Shown here piece after piece: positions 1 to 13,807 of a DNA stretch of 64,000 nt (its first letter is position 1; every line of letters begins with the position of its first letter). Location: contig NC_043003.1 in the NCBI RefSeq assembly GCF_006345805.1, forward strand, positions 24,738,001 through 24,802,000, given 5' to 3'. A program made the position numbers and the translations under genes. Source of the stretch: Octopus sinensis (Eukaryota). The notes under the pieces are model-generated. The model saw only the letters and a program-made list of their open reading frames with translations, did not search any database and was not told where the DNA came from.

Positions 1-581
1 TAACCTTTTATAACCCTTTTATTTTCTCTTCATTAGAAATAACGAACTTCAGGAAAATAAGAAAATAAAAAATTATGCAAATATTTAAAAATGTTCAGCA
101 CCATTCGATTTTTGATAACTTGCGAACAAAAGAGACAGAATCACTATTTATTAAAAACATAGAAAAAAATATAATAAATATATAAAACGAAGTAAAAATG
201 AAATAAAAAGTCCTTCATTTGGCAATATAAAGACATAGTATCTTTAAACTTCTCAAGGTTGCTATTTAAATGGAAGTACTTCTGAGGCTAGAGAAATATT
301 GATTGAGCTGAATTATTTTATGGTACGACAACTGCTAGTTCCACCTCATTAATCAACATCAGAAAGATGTGTTAGGATAAAAAGCCTGGTTTATAAGTCT
401 ACTTTCTATAATTGGGAATTGTGTACGTTGCCAACAAAATTGCTATCTTAACCTTACGATTTTAGCAATTTGAACTACTGCTTCTATTCTCATGTTGCTG
501 ATTTTATGAAAAGGCTATGGGCGTTCTCACAGGCCCCTCTGATACCAGTGAGGTCAATATGTTGATGGTTATAAGAAGCCT

Positions 582-816
582 TTAAGGCGGCGAGCTGGCA
601 GAAACGTTAGCACGCCAGGCGAAATGCCTAGCCGTATTTCGTTTGCTGTTACGTCCTGAGTTCAAATTCCGCCGAGGTCGACTTTGCCTTTCATCTTTTC
701 GGGGTCGATAAATCAAGTACCAGTTATGCACTGGGTTCGATGTAATCGACTTAATCAGTTTGTCTGTCCCTGTTTGTCCCCTCTGTATGTAGCCCCTTGT
801 GGGTAGTAAAGAAATA
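582..816 (+). mobile_element. Full-length tRNA-derived SINE (Meta-domain-like body) with 15-bp TSD
   Basis: A/B-box-like head, gtcgactttgcctttcatc core and intact CpGs. TSD ggttataagaagcct at 567-581 and 817-831. Degenerate copies occur near 8545, 20620, 34257, 35207, 48133, 50140 and 51350. Confidence 0.85.
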
Positions 817-931
817 GGTTATAAGAAGCCTATGTGCTGGCAAGGAATGCCAGTGGGATTGGCATTCTGATGAGAAAGGAGTGGGGGTTATTGGTTACTT
901 TTAGAATCATGTATCCTTTGGAACGTCTTAA

Positions 932-1136
932 CCCTTTTACTTTCCTGAGACCAACCCTGATTCTTTGATACAAACTTCCTGATTTAAACTGATCTAAATT
1001 AAAATTCCACCATCAAAATTTCATGTTATGTTCCAAACACCACCAGAATAAGGACAGTTATTTTTATACATTTTTCATTATTAATTAATTGAAATGAGCA
1101 TAGTGTATATGAACAGAAATATGGTTAATGAAAGAG
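932..1136. mobile_element. piggyBac-like MITE (degenerate)
   Basis: TTAA|CCCTTTT...AAAGAG|TGAA. Body related to 11220-11431 and to fragments near 33100, 45180, 47635 and 63890. Confidence 0.6.
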
Positions 1137-2646
1137 TGAAACTGTCCTGTTTTTGCTTCTTTTTTTTTTACGTTTTTGAGTTTTTTTTAATTTTTGTTTC
1201 ATATAATTTCATATTACATTAATGTCTGTGTCATTCTGTTAAATTCATCACTTCTTAGCAATACTTCTTGTTCTTTTGTTTTCTTCTTTATTTGATTTTC
1301 TTTGTTAGAACATTATTTTTGAGTTTTTTTCCCCATACGCTCCTAGTCTTAGAAACAAGGATAACACAATAGAATTATTTTTTCTCAATTAACTTGACCA
1401 TTTGAGAGTAAAGATTTGCTTTGTTTTTGCAATAATATTTCAAGCAATTTTTCATTTTGATCTCTGATCATCATCAGATGTATGGGAAAAGACATTTATT
1501 CTAAGATGCTATGGACCTCATGATTAGCATAACCGAATAGTTAAGAAGTTCATGTTGTAATTACAAGGTCACAGGTTCAAACTTATTGCATGGCATTTTT
1601 GACTTGCATTTTTTTTTTCTACTATTGCCTGAGATCAACCGAAGTTTACAACTTTGAGTAGATGAAAACTGTGAAGAAGCCTATCGACTGGATCATTACT
1701 GTAATCCAAATATACAGCCTTGTCACACACACTGTCGTGCTGATTCTACCTGAGAACTATATACTAAGTGTACATGTGTCTGGGAATACTCAACCACTTA
1801 CACATTAATTCAATGAGCAGATAATTCTATTGATCAAATAACTGAATCCTCATCACTGAATTTGACAGAGATCAGTTTCCACTTTTGTTATTTCTTGTAA
1901 ACAACTGGATGGAAGTTAGTAACATTAATGTTCAGTTTGAATTGTTGTAGGTTGTGAAAATGTGGCCAGTCACTATTCCTGGAGGTCTAGCCTAAAAGAA
2001 GAAGAATTAAAGCTTTTTAGCTACATTAAATGGGTTTATGGATTTTTTTCTTTTTTTTTTCAGTTATGAGAATTGCAAGCCAATGTTGTAGTGATATAAA
2101 ATTCAGAGAGCATAGATCAAAAGTAAATTAGTCTTTGCAAAGTGTTTGTGAGAAAAGATTTGCTTATTAGAAGGTCCATGCCAAGAGCAAGGGTCCAAGT
2201 AAGCCTAAAGTTTTGAGAGAACCTTCTCCTGTCAGTTAAAAGCAAATTGAAGACCTTTTGTTATAGAATTTTTTTTTTAATTAATTATTCTAATCCTTTT
2301 TTTTATTCTGTTTTGTTACATGTACTTATATTTTGTACATGGCATGCACATGTACGAACCCTGCAACCTATACATAAATTATGTTTAGCACTTCTAAAAT
2401 GCCTGTGAAGGTACATGGCTAGGCTGGGCTCCTGATCATGGATCAGTGCATTATATCTTTTTGAGCAAGACATTTTATTTCACATTGCTATAGTCAACTT
2501 GGCTGAAAATTTGTACTAATAAAATGCTGATGCAGCCCTCTCTGTCTCACCAGCCATCATGCCCTGGATGTGATAACTGGAGTCTCTCTACAGGGTCAAA
2601 GGTAGAAAGGGCCAAGAGGGTATCTATGACTGCTCACAACTATATA

Positions 2647-3132
2647 CCGTAAATCTTCAAGTATAGTCCACCCTTGAGTATAATATGCAGGGAATTTTTA
2701 GGGGGTTGTACCTCTGAAAAACCTAAACCATGTGTATAATACGCACCCCTTCTCTAACTTGAGTCAAGGAGGTCTATATAACGTCCTTGATTTGTAAAAA
2801 AATATATACGGTAACGTCCTTTATTATTATTGTATATATATAACATAATGCAAACGTGTAGCTTTTTTTGTGCATTTTGTTTGCAGAAAATAAAGAAATA
2901 ACAGTAATAACGTTTAATAAATGTTGCTAACTGCAATTTATGGATGATTTAAGGTATTTTTGCGCCTGACATCACAAAATGCATCTGAATAAACATTGCC
3001 GGACAGCAAATAGAGACTCGGACATTGCTTAGAAAATAACTTTCATTTTTAACCTCGTATATAGTACGTGCTAGGGATTTTGACCTTTAAATTTTGGGGA
3101 AAAAAATGCAGATTATACTCGAGGATTTACAG
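2647..3132. mobile_element. pogo/Tigger-type (Tc1/mariner superfamily) MITE
   Basis: TA flanks. TIRs ccgtaaatcttcaagtatagtc and gattatactcgaggatttacag are imperfect reverse complements of about 22 bp. Confidence 0.8.
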
Positions 3133-3429
3133 TAGGTGTCAAAAACAATTAGTAAACACTTAGTACATGCTACCAAATTATATTTACTCATGAGTGACAG
3201 CTGTGACTTTACTAAAACATTTGAGGAGGAGTATCAGATTGGGCCTAAATTTTACATCTGACTGCAGTCTATCACCAACTTTTCACAGTTCTGTCCATTA
3301 AGTTTACAGTGTGTGATGAATACTTATTGTTAAGCAGTTATAATCAATCTCATCACAGTCATACTAATTTGGATCACTACTTCCCATATGGGTTTTCCAT
3401 AAAGTAAGTTACAGAAGTGTCAATGACAG

Positions 3430-3556
3430 TTCAAAACTAGCAAGACCTGGAAGAGGAAGGCCCTCCCTCAGGGACAGCCTAGAGTTAAGAACAACGGGAG
3501 GAGAAAATTCATTGATGGTCTATGCTTCATACAGAGCAAAGAGATTAAAGTAAGTA
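3430..3556 (+). mobile_element. Possible RTE-clade LINE 3' end remnant
   Basis: Translation RRKFIDGLCFIQSKE resembles the RTE ORF C-terminal W..LVDALCS motif; followed by a taag-like tail. Confidence 0.3.
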
Positions 3557-4079
3557 ATATTGTCTGATGCTCTAGCAATGCTACAAATCTGCCACTCTAG
3601 CTTGTATGTTTTATCACATGCACACACAAATAAATAGCCAAATTGACCTCAGCAGGATTTGAATTTTTGTAACGTAATATGTTACGTACAATAAATAAGA
3701 TAATCGGATAACAGTAAAATCAATGTAACGAACTAACAAATCTCTTTATGAACCAACAATCAATATTCCTTGTGAACTAACCAACTGACACCTTCCAACT
3801 TCACTGCAAACTAACACGAACTTCACTCGACCCTGAACTCTGAACCTCTAATTCACTCGGATTCCCTGATATTATTTATACTTTACTCAGACCAGTCTAT
3901 CTCTTGCAAGGGAGCATCATAACTCTCATTGCAATATCTCCCTTTTTGAAATTTGACTACTGTGAGAAAGTAGAATTTCTTTTATATTTTTTTCTTTCCA
4001 GCACCCTTTTTCCTTTTTCTAACTGTTGCATCTTAATTGTTACCCAACTTTACTTTTAAGATAGTATTGTTTGTTGCAC

Positions 4080-4310
4080 ACAGCACTTTTTCTTTTTGTT
4101 GTGATATTAGTCTACATTTCACTTATGAAATGTTATTTGTTGCTCATCACGCTATGAGCAGACTTAACTGCTTTTCTCAACATAGGTTTCCCTATTTTGT
4201 TCCATCATCCTTGTGTCCATATTTATTATTAAAATATCACTTCCAGTATCCAACTGAAGTTTAATATGTATTCCATTTATTTTTACATGTACGAATTTTC
4301 TTATTTGGGA
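4080..4310 (-). pseudogene. Retroviral-type aspartic protease remnant
   Basis: Minus-strand translation KFVHVKINGIHIKLQLDTGSDILIIN, with catalytic DTG at 4242-4250. Not in the ORF track. Confidence 0.85.
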
Positions 4311-4410
4311 GTCAATTTTTGTTTCTGCTGAGAGCACTCTAGAATTTTTGACATTTGACCTTTGTAATTTTGTTCTGCTGTGGGAACTCTTGTGACCAAT
4401 TCTTTTGCAA

Positions 4411-5184
4411 CTATAACATTATTTTATTTTTAAATGGATAGTTTTTTTTCTGAAATGTATCCCACCCCCCACCCACCCACCCCACACACACATAACATGG
4501 ATTAAGATGTGGCACTCTTTTTTGGTCGTACTTTTCCAGTCGGCATTTCTGTATTTTTGAGGAATCATTTTCTTGAATTTTTTCTACATTGTATTTCAGG
4601 TTTACCATCCTTTGGCATTCTTCTGCCACAGACTGTAAGGTTAGATCTTGGTTCATTTGTTCCAATTTAGAAAGAATTCTTGCCCAAATTTCTATATCTT
4701 TGCTTGCTGTAAGGCCTTGTATGCAAATAAGACACCTGAACATCACAAGTGTATGTTCTTTGAGTTGAAAACTGTTACACATCCTGTTGACTGTTCCTAC
4801 ATATGTGATAAAATCATCATTCTCTTTTTTCATTATATTCCAACACTCCATTCAAGTGTTAAATAGAGAAGTTTTATCACTGAATATGTTAGATGGTAAT
4901 TCAATTGTTTCTTCAAAACAAATTTCATTGGTTATTTTGGGCAGTATAAAATAACAGTAACATACATGCTCTAATGGAGCTAATTTTCACAATAACAATC
5001 TCACTCTTTGTTCATCCACCCAAGACTTGCAATCTTGCTCAAAAATCTCCTTGTACATTCTGTAGTACAATGCAAAAGTTATCCCCTCCTTTGGGTTATA
5101 ACTGAATTCATTAATTGAGTTTGGAACGCCGTCTGGCAAAAACAAACTTACCTCATTTTTGGACATCTTTGAATATAGCTCCAA
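4411..5184 (-). pseudogene. Retrotransposon gag remnant with frameshifts and stops
   Basis: ORFs 4987-5184 (FSYNPKEGITFALYY...RVRLLL) and 4411-4851 (DDFITYVGTVNRMC...LTLQSVAEECQR) are bridged by a shifted frame (RKLAPLEH...KTSLFNT*). Resembles gag of K02A2.6-like Gypsy elements. Confidence 0.8.
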
Positions 5185-5475
5185 TAATTATTGTTGTCAT
5201 CTTCTTCTTCCAATCAGGACTCACGCCATTAGCCACAAAGAATAATCTCTAATTCGAGCCTACTCTAAGCTACTAAGAATGCGTGTGGCAACTTGAAGAT
5301 CCACCCACCACACATGATAGACTGGCAGTTGCACAGGCACAAAAGCTATGTTGTTATCCTCATTCCGTAAACAGTGGCTTTTAATGAGTGGAGAGCTGGA
5401 CCATCCTGGGGTACAGAGGATTCGCAATCTAGAATAGCGTCTGAAAGTTTATCACACCATAGTGGGTTACACCAT

Positions 5476-5689
5476 GGTTTCTCTGCTTTGTGGCAGAAGT
5501 AGGAAGGAAGAGTGAGAGAAAGTTGTGGTGAAAGAGTACAGCGGGGTTCACCACTCTACCCCGCTGGAGCCTCATAGAGCTTAGGTGTTTTTGCTCAATA
5601 AACACTCACAATGCCCGGTCTGGGAATCAAAACCACATTCTTACAACCGCGAGTCCACTGCCCTAACCACTGGGCCATTGCACCTCCAC
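5476..5689 (-). mobile_element. tRNA-derived SINE nested inside the LTR element
   Basis: Minus-strand head gtggaggtgcaatggcccagtggttagggcag. Same head family as 40912-41203 and 63457-63781. Confidence 0.8.
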
Positions 5690-5877
5690 TTGTTGTTGCT
5701 GTAATAGTTGCTGCTCTTGTTGTTGCTTTGGCAACTGTGCTATGGAAGCTAAGAGGTCTTCCATTATTTAGCAAGTTGTATCATGAACAAATTGTAAATT
5801 TCATCTACATGAGCTTCAAAACCCTCATCGTCTGATGTTGTAATGTAATTTGTTAACTGACCTGTGTGAGCGTCGAA

Positions 5878-5890
5878 TCCTTGTCGCCAG
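5878..5890 (-). promoter_or_regulatory. Primer-binding site, probably tRNA-Ser(GCT)
   Basis: Minus-strand TGGCGACAAGGAT vs TGGCGACGAGGAT, the complement of the recalled metazoan tRNA-Ser(GCT) 3' end. Adjacent to the LTR. Confidence 0.6.
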
Positions 5891-7288
5891 ATGTTGTAAC
5901 GTAATTTGTTACATACAAATAAATAAGATAACCGGACAACAGTAAAAACAATGTAATGAACTAATAAATCTTTTTACGAACCAACAATCAATACTCCTTG
6001 TGAACTAACCAACCTTCTGACTTAACTGCAAACTAACACAAACTTCACTCAACTCCAAACTCTGAACCTGTAACACACTTGGATTGTTGCTATTTATAAT
6101 TCACTTGGACCAGTCTATCTCTCGCAAGGGGGCATTGTAACTCTCATCACAACAGAGATCAAAACACAGTGTTGGAACCTATACCATAAAGTATTCTATT
6201 CAACACACTCACAATTCTGTCACTTCACCCACTACCTTCACTGGTTATCCTCTCCCCTCCCTGGATAAATAAAATATCAAAAGCTAAGTGAGGACTTCTA
6301 AGGGCAACCTTTGTACCAGCAGCCTACCTAAGCTCATGTTACATAGGTAAAAAATTACATATGATTGTCCAAGCTGAACAATAGAAAATTATCCAAAACT
6401 AACAGCGGCTGGCTTAATCACCCGGATATTGGTTTTAAAAAATATAATGTTTTAAAATGGATATTAGCTGATTTAAAAAGCAATTTTATTTTTAATTTAC
6501 TCCCAATTTCCTTTTAGAATTATTTCTATTTCTATTTCCAAATACTAATTGGTCTTCTTTATCAAACTTGGCTGTAATTTCAGATATCTCTTGGCAATAA
6601 ATAGCAAAGAATATTTTCAAAACTAAGTCAAATTTCTAATTACAAAACTGTTAAAGTAGTGTGTGGTGGTGACAGTGATGTGGGGTGTCATAGTGAGTCA
6701 TGTAGGATTTTTTTGTTGTTGTTTTTCTTCCAGTATCTGATTAGAATGGAGATAACTAATTATTGTATGTGTGTATGCATGTTGGTAATGAGGATATCTT
6801 CCTGGTTCATTGGAGTATGTTTTGAGTGGTTAATTATCTAATTTAGCTGATATGATGTTTTAATCCTGTACTGGAATAAACATGTTTATTGCTTCAGATA
6901 TTTGGGGTTTTTTTTTACTTTCTTTTTTAATAAAGCAACTTTGTTTTTTCCTTTTCTTCCTCTTTTTCATTTTCATCCATTGGAAACCATTTTTTTTTTT
7001 CTTTTACTCTTTGACAAACTCTTTTCTTTATGTTACATACAATCTTCAAATTAAGAACATTTTTCAGTTTTAAGTTAATAATTTTTCAGACTAGTAACTT
7101 CGCTTTGAGCGATGAATCATGTCTTGCAAACTTTGCATCTCCATTACATTTCATTCTACTTGATCCCCAATCAACATACAGTGTATTATTTCTGTACATG
7201 TTACATGGTCCCAAATTAGATACAAGCAAAGAACCTTTATTCTTAAGATACCCATTGACATCCAAAAATGAAACCAATAGAAACAGTA

Positions 7289-7687
7289 TTCTTTTACTTG
7301 TTTCAGTCATTTGACTGTGGCCATGCTGGAGCACCGCCTTTAGTCGAGCAAATCGACCCCAGGACTTATTCTTTGGAAGCCTAGTACTTATTCTTTCATT
7401 TTTTTTTGCCGTATCGCTAAGTTACAGGGACGTAAACACACCACCATCGGTTGTCAAGTGATGTTGTAGGGGACAAACACAGACACACAAACATATACAC
7501 ATACATATATATATACATATATACGACGGGCTTCTTTCAGTTTCCGTCTACCAAATCCACTCACAAGGCTTTGGTCGGCCCAAGGCTATAGTAGAAGACA
7601 CTTGCCTAAGGTGCCACGCAGTGGGAATGAACCTGGAACCATGTGATTGGTAAGCAAGCTACTTACCACACAGCCATTCCTGTGCCT
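7289..7687 (-). mobile_element. tRNA-derived SINE with CORE-like segment and internal (TA/CA) microsatellite
   Basis: Head ggagtggctgtgtggtaagtagcttg, segment accttgggcaagtgtcttc and tail gactgaaacaagtaaaag. Near-identical copies listed below. Confidence 0.85.
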
Positions 7688-10244
7688 ATATGAATATATA
7701 GAACTGAATATTTTAAAAGGTGTTTCATTTGTTTAGTTTTTCTTTAAATATGAAGTTGATCTTGCTATGAATGGATTTCTAATAAAATACTCAGCTTATG
7801 TGTTTCAATTAAGCCTTGATAATTAATTAAAGTTATTGAGGGATTTGATAAAATAACTAACTTTCTCATTACAATAAGCGTAACTTCACGAAAAGTTTTT
7901 CACATAGAGTTATAATGGGTGCCTTATATTAGACACAAACTCTTTAAAATGGACAGCTTCGTATGAATAGAACTAGCGTTCTCAGCTGGATTGATACTGA
8001 GAATTAACGGTCCAAAAAAATAATCTTAACACTTTTGTTATGATATTTGTTGAAATACACTATCTCTGTTTCTGTTAATTCTGAAAATAATGCAGTTTAG
8101 TAAAAGGACTTTGTTGTTATAACGCTGGTGTTTAGAGCATAAATTAATGTGGAAAGTTTTGATGGAAGGTTTTAATATAGATCGATTTAAAACAAGAGGT
8201 TTGTAGCATAGAACCAGAAGCAATCTCAAGGGAGTTTGGTACCAAAAAAAAAGGATTTACAACTCGTGCATCTAGTTGGGTTTTTTTTGTTTTGTTTTGT
8301 TTTTTTTTTTGCTGTTTATATAAAACAAAGTGGGCATTGAATATTACACTTTCATAGCATTTACCTAATTAATGCTGATGCCTGCCTATATCAGTGCACT
8401 ATCATGAACTTTTACTAAATTCATTAGGAAGGCAATAATTTTTTTTTCTTTCTATTTTTGCATTGTTATTCAATGCTAACACATGTGATGGATTGTTTTT
8501 ATAGCTTTTGTACTTTTATTAGATTTTATTATTATCACCATTAAAGTGGCAAGCTGCCAGAATCATTACCATGCCTGGCAAAATGCTTAGCAGTATTCTG
8601 TCTGATTTTACATTCTGAGTTCAAATTCTGCCGGGTCAACTTTGCCTTTCATTCTTCCGGAGTTGATAAAATAAGTGCCAGTTGAACACATCATTATCAT
8701 TGGATTCACTTCCTACTGCTAACCAATGTAAGGTAGGAATGGAATCTATTGTCAGTCAAGCAAACATTGGCAGAATGTTTATATCTGCAATTTAGCACTG
8801 TTTAAGTGTGTCTGTGTGTCCAGTTTCGTTTCCCCATATCTTTCTTAATAAAGCATTTTACTGAAATTTTACGGATGTACTTTTGAAAGTGATCACCGTT
8901 TTCATTAAATGTCCATGTTCCATGCTAGCATGGGTTACATTGTTTGACAGGTGGATCTGAGGACTGCATTGTGCTCCAATGACTGCCTAGGCATGGTCTC
9001 TATAGCTGGATACCCTTCCTAATGCCAACCACTTGTGAGTGGCTGGATCTGGCAGGATATGGCCAGTTTAAATGTTAAAGGGTTAATGATTAAAACCTTA
9101 TGAACTCTTCTTTCCTTTCCTCATCATTATCAACTCAATGTCCATTTTTATATGCTTGCACGGATCAGATAGAACTTATCGTATTTATCATACTCATCAT
9201 CATCATCATCATTGTTTCACATCTGCTTTCCTTGCTGACATGGGCTGAATGGGTCACTACGTCAGCACATTTTCATGGGGGTTTGGAGGGGGATTACTGC
9301 TCACCTAGGTGGATCAGAGGACTGCATCTAGCTCTCTGTATCCAGTTGTGTATAACAGAATTATGAATAATACATGTATCACGAAGGATTTTCTCTTAAA
9401 GCCTCAAATTATATTCCTAAAAATTCATGACCTACCTTTTGAGAACCTCTGCTTTGTATTCTAAGTTCAAAGTTTGCCTTTCATCCTTTTTGGAGCAGTT
9501 TGTGAAATAAGTACCAGTTATACGCTAAGGTCAATTCAATGAACTATATCTTCCACTTTAAAGGGGTTTTTGTTTCCTTTTGTTTTTTTATTTTGTTTTG
9601 TTGTTGTTTTGATTTTTTGTTTTTGTTTTTTTCTCCTGATCAAAGGAACTTTCTATTGATCTGTCATAAACATTGCTTTTCCAGTTAGCTGGTGATGGAA
9701 TAATCTCTGAATGATCTATCTCTTGAAAACGGCACAAAAGAAAAAGCCAAAAAAAAAAAAAATGCTATTCAGTTGCTTCTGTTCTTGCATTGTTGCAACC
9801 AAGTTGTGATGTAAAAGTAACAGCAGTAGTCACTGCCATACACAGTGTTGTTGTTGTTGTTATTGTTTTCATTTTAACACTACATACTCCAAGAAAGATG
9901 AAATAAATAACTCTGCAATAAACAAGCTAACAAAAGGAACCTCTAGGTGTTGTTGAGCTAACCAGAAATAGCAGTCAAATCTCCCTTAAATCTCAAAGAT
10001 ATAAGATAAAAAAAAAAGCCTTCAGTAAAGAAACCAACAGGGAAGCATCTATGTGGTTACTGAGTCAGCCAGAAATGACAGTCAAATCTCTCTTAAATCA
10101 CACTCTACAATCTTAAAAATAAACAAAAAAAATAAAGCCACACGAGTGGATTTGGTAGACAGAACCTGAAAGAAGCCTGTTGTGTGTGTGTGTGTGCATG
10201 TGCGTGTGTGCACTCATATTTGACATAACTTACTGGTTGTGAAG

Positions 10245-10575
10245 GCACATGGCTCAGTGGTTTGAGCATTGGGCTCAATCCTGAGGTAGTGAGTTTCACT
10301 CCCAGTCCAGGCTGTATGTTGTATTCTTGAGCAAGACACTTTATTTCATGTTGCTCCAGTTCACTCAGCTGTAGAAATGAGTTGTGACATCAATGGTGCC
10401 AAGCTGTATCAGCCTTTGCCTTTCCCTTGGATAGCATCAGTGACATGGAGAGGGGAGGCAGGTATACACGGGTGACGTGCTGGTCTTCCATAAACAGTCT
10501 TGCCCAGACTTGCGCCTCGGAGGAGAACTTTCTAGGTGCAATCCCATAGCCATTCATGACCAAAGGAAATCTTTA
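10245..10575 (+). mobile_element. tRNA-derived SINE (CORE-like, ctaggtgcaatccca tail family)
   Basis: Head ggctcagtggtt and segment cttgagcaagacactttatttc. Reverse-orientation copy at 15398-15720. Confidence 0.75.
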
Positions 10576-11219
10576 CCCTGATGGTTGTAAATAAAGGTCA
10601 CTATCATAAAAGCAATGCTGCTCATTTCCAGTCTTCCATTAACTATGTGTCTGGTCATGAGGAAATATTACCTTGTTTGAAAGCAAGTGATGGTTGGCAA
10701 AAATAGACATCTGGCAATAGAAAGACCATATACTGCATTAATGTACAAAGTGGATGGTCACGGTTGGAACATACTTTGATCATAGGTCTACTGAATCATG
10801 GTTAACCTGCAGCTAATCAAAAGTTATCCAGTAAACTTTAAAATATAAACATTGATTGTTTGCAATTATTTCACAATTGGGTTTTTTCTGTTTTCTTTAA
10901 TTTAATTATTTATTTTACATGTCTGGGTTTGTAGTGTAAATTATTTGGTGACCTCACTGCTGTTAGTGCCATGTAAAAAGCACCCAGTCCATTCTGTAAA
11001 GTGGTTGGCATTAGGAAGGGCATCCAACCATGAAAACCATGCCAAGGGAGACAGTAGAATTCAGTGTAGCCTTTTGATTCACCATCTCCTGTCAAACCGA
11101 CCAACCCATGCCAGCATAGAAAGCAACCATTAAATTATAGTAATGATGATGATGCTTGTATTGGTTAAATATTTCTGTGAATTTAGATAATTTAGGTGAA
11201 TTGTACTGCTGCACGTTAA

Positions 11220-11431
11220 CCCTTTCATTACCAACCCGGCTGAAACCGCCCCTGGGTCTGAGTACAAATGCCTTGTTTTCAAAAGTTTTGAATTAAGATC
11301 TTCCACCAAACCTTAGTCACAATTTATGTTCCTATCAATGATAACTAAGTTGTTTTACTAAATTCTTTGTTATAATTAAAATAATTGAGAGAAAAACAGA
11401 GCATCTCAAAATAAATACAGTAATGAAAGGG
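11220..11431. mobile_element. piggyBac-like MITE, intact
   Basis: TTAA TSD on both sides; perfect 12-bp TIRs CCCTTTCATTAC / GTAATGAAAGGG. Confidence 0.9.
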
Positions 11432-12905
11432 TTAATCCTGTCAACTATGAAATAAAATACACCCTTTGGGGGTCAGTCTCTGAAAAAGACATTAACCCTT
11501 TAATTGTGAAATTTAATTTCATTATTATTCCACTAATGATGTTAAATATCTAAAAAAAAAAGTAGAATTAGTATTTTCTGCGAGTCTCATTACCTGAATA
11601 AATTTGGCATATCTCAACAAAAAATAGTTTCAAACATGACACTCCTCAACAAAAGATAGATTGGTATATAAAACTACTTTCTGCAGTTAAAGGTAATGGA
11701 ATTTTCAATGGATATTTCTGATTTCTGTAGAAAAAGGAGTAAATTACCCCTTCCTTCTGAAGTATCAAGTTAACATCTTGGAAAATTGCTAGCAATCTCT
11801 CTATCCGTCCATGCTAGGGTTGTGGCAAATTCCAATGTCTAACAGAACATATGCCCCACAACTGCAATGATAAGCAATGGTTGTCTCAGTCTATCTTCAA
11901 TCATTTGGGTCACTTTATCATTAGTGTCTCACTACCTAGATCCTGGATAAGACATTCAACTGTACCCAATTCCTCCATGCAGTCCAAAAATGTCACTATA
12001 CTGGCTAGGGCTAAAATCCCAAAGACCCTCCTCTATGTCCTTCAGAGCAGATTTATCTATGTGTAATAAACCCTCATAGGAGTAGTAATTTCCTGACACT
12101 CTTCTTCTTCTACAGAAAGCCTTTCAGTCCAAATTGCTGCAGTGATGATAAAGTAGTAGTGATGTACATATTTTAATTAATTTAAGGCAAGAGTACTCAC
12201 TACTGGAACTAAGAAAAGGAATTACATGAAATTGTATCATGATATTACAATATCATAAAAACTGTGTGTTTACAGCAAAATGATCTCATCCTTCCACCAC
12301 ATCTAGAAAACCACAGATAATGGGCACTACCCCTTTCTACTTTGACTAAACCGTTCAAAACTAAATGCAAACATTCAAGGGTCTTTTGGGTTTTTTTTTA
12401 CCCCTCTAACTACAGTATAATGGCAGGTACATGTCAACTGTTTTTGTTATAGCAACAAGACCAAACACATATGATATAAAGGAAACATTTTTAATTAAGA
12501 TCCTTTAGTTTTTCAACTCTTGAGTTGCCCAGAGATTTGAACAATCCATTTAACATACCCCATTTAGCAATATCTTATTCATCAAATTCTTAAATTTGTA
12601 TTTTAAAAACTGAAATTAACAAGGAAATCTTTAAATTTGAGGAGCTAGATGAAGCATTCAGTGTTTATGTTCAGAATAGTTAATCATGCCATGTAGTAGA
12701 GACCCACAGATGTGAGACGGCCCAATGACTCAGTAATGCAGTGGAAAAAAAAACCCAGTGATTTGTGCCTTTAATCTAAATATATTAATCAGGTTATAAT
12801 ATTGTTCTCATTTTGGTTGTTATAATCACATTTTAGCTGTTATATCTTCTGGTTTTCTGTCATATTTTTAATAACTTCCTCAGAAATTTAAACCACACTC
12901 CCTCT

Positions 12906-12943
<38 letters not shown>

Positions 12944-13376
12944 AATAGTCACAGCAAATTTTTTAAGTTTGATTCATTTCCTACTGTCATCCACTTCGGT
13001 TATGGAACAGGAAGAGGTAGAGAACTAGAGAGATTGGTGAAGATGCCTAATGACAAAATTAAAAGGGATCCATAATCTAGAAGTAATTTTCTCTAGCAGG
13101 AAGCTTTTGTTTGTTTTTCTCTTTAACTTTCTCTATGAATTACTGAAGCATTCTTTAGAGTTCCTTTGACTCAGTTTCCTCAGAAATTCTTTGATGTATG
13201 GCTTTTCTATTTTTCATCTTGTTACAGTCATTAGACTGTGGCCATACTGGGGCCCCACCTTGAAGGTTTTAGTCAAATGCATCAACCTCACTCCTTTTTT
13301 TTTCGTTGTTATTTTTTTAAAGTCTGGTCCTTTTCTATTGGTCTCTTTTTCATGAACTGCTCTGAGTTTCAGGGAC

Positions 13377-13807
13377 ACTCTTTTACTCTTTTACTTGTTT
13401 CAGTTATTTGACTGTGGCCATGCTGGAGCACCGCCTTTAGTCGAGCAAATCGACCCCAGGACTTATTCTTTGTAAGCCTAGTACTTATTCTATCGGTCTC
13501 TTTTGCCAGACCACTAAGTTACAGGGACGTAAACACACCAGCATCGATTGTCAAGCAATATTGGGGGGACAAACACAGACACACAAACATATACACACAC
13601 GTATATATACATATATATATACACACATATATACATATATATACGACGGGCTTCTATCAGTTTCCGTCTACCAAATCCACTCACAAGGCTTTGGTCGGCC
13701 CGAGGCTATAGTAGAAGACACTTGCCCAAGGTGTCACACAGTAGGACTGAACCCGGAACCATATGGCTTGTAAGCAATCTACTTACCACACAGCCTCTCC
13801 TATGCCT
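13377..13807 (-). mobile_element. Full-length SINE, same family as 7289-7687
   Basis: Head, CORE-like segment, microsatellite and tail are all present. Confidence 0.85.

Larger units (their letters stand above)
3665..6154 (-). mobile_element. Decayed non-autonomous Ty3/Gypsy-type LTR retroelement (gag + protease only)
   Basis: Two diverged LTRs of about 265 bp (3665-3936 and 5893-6154; TG...CA intact in the right copy). PBS TGGCGACAAGGAT lies immediately inside the 5' LTR; PPT AAAAAGGGAGA at 3937-3947. Internal gag and LDTGSD protease remnants. No TSD found. Confidence 0.88.

Noticed and set aside
7090-7290. Acceptor-like ttttcag followed by an open frame TSNFALSDES...
   Set aside because: No recognisable homology, no convincing donor, and the frame runs into a SINE.
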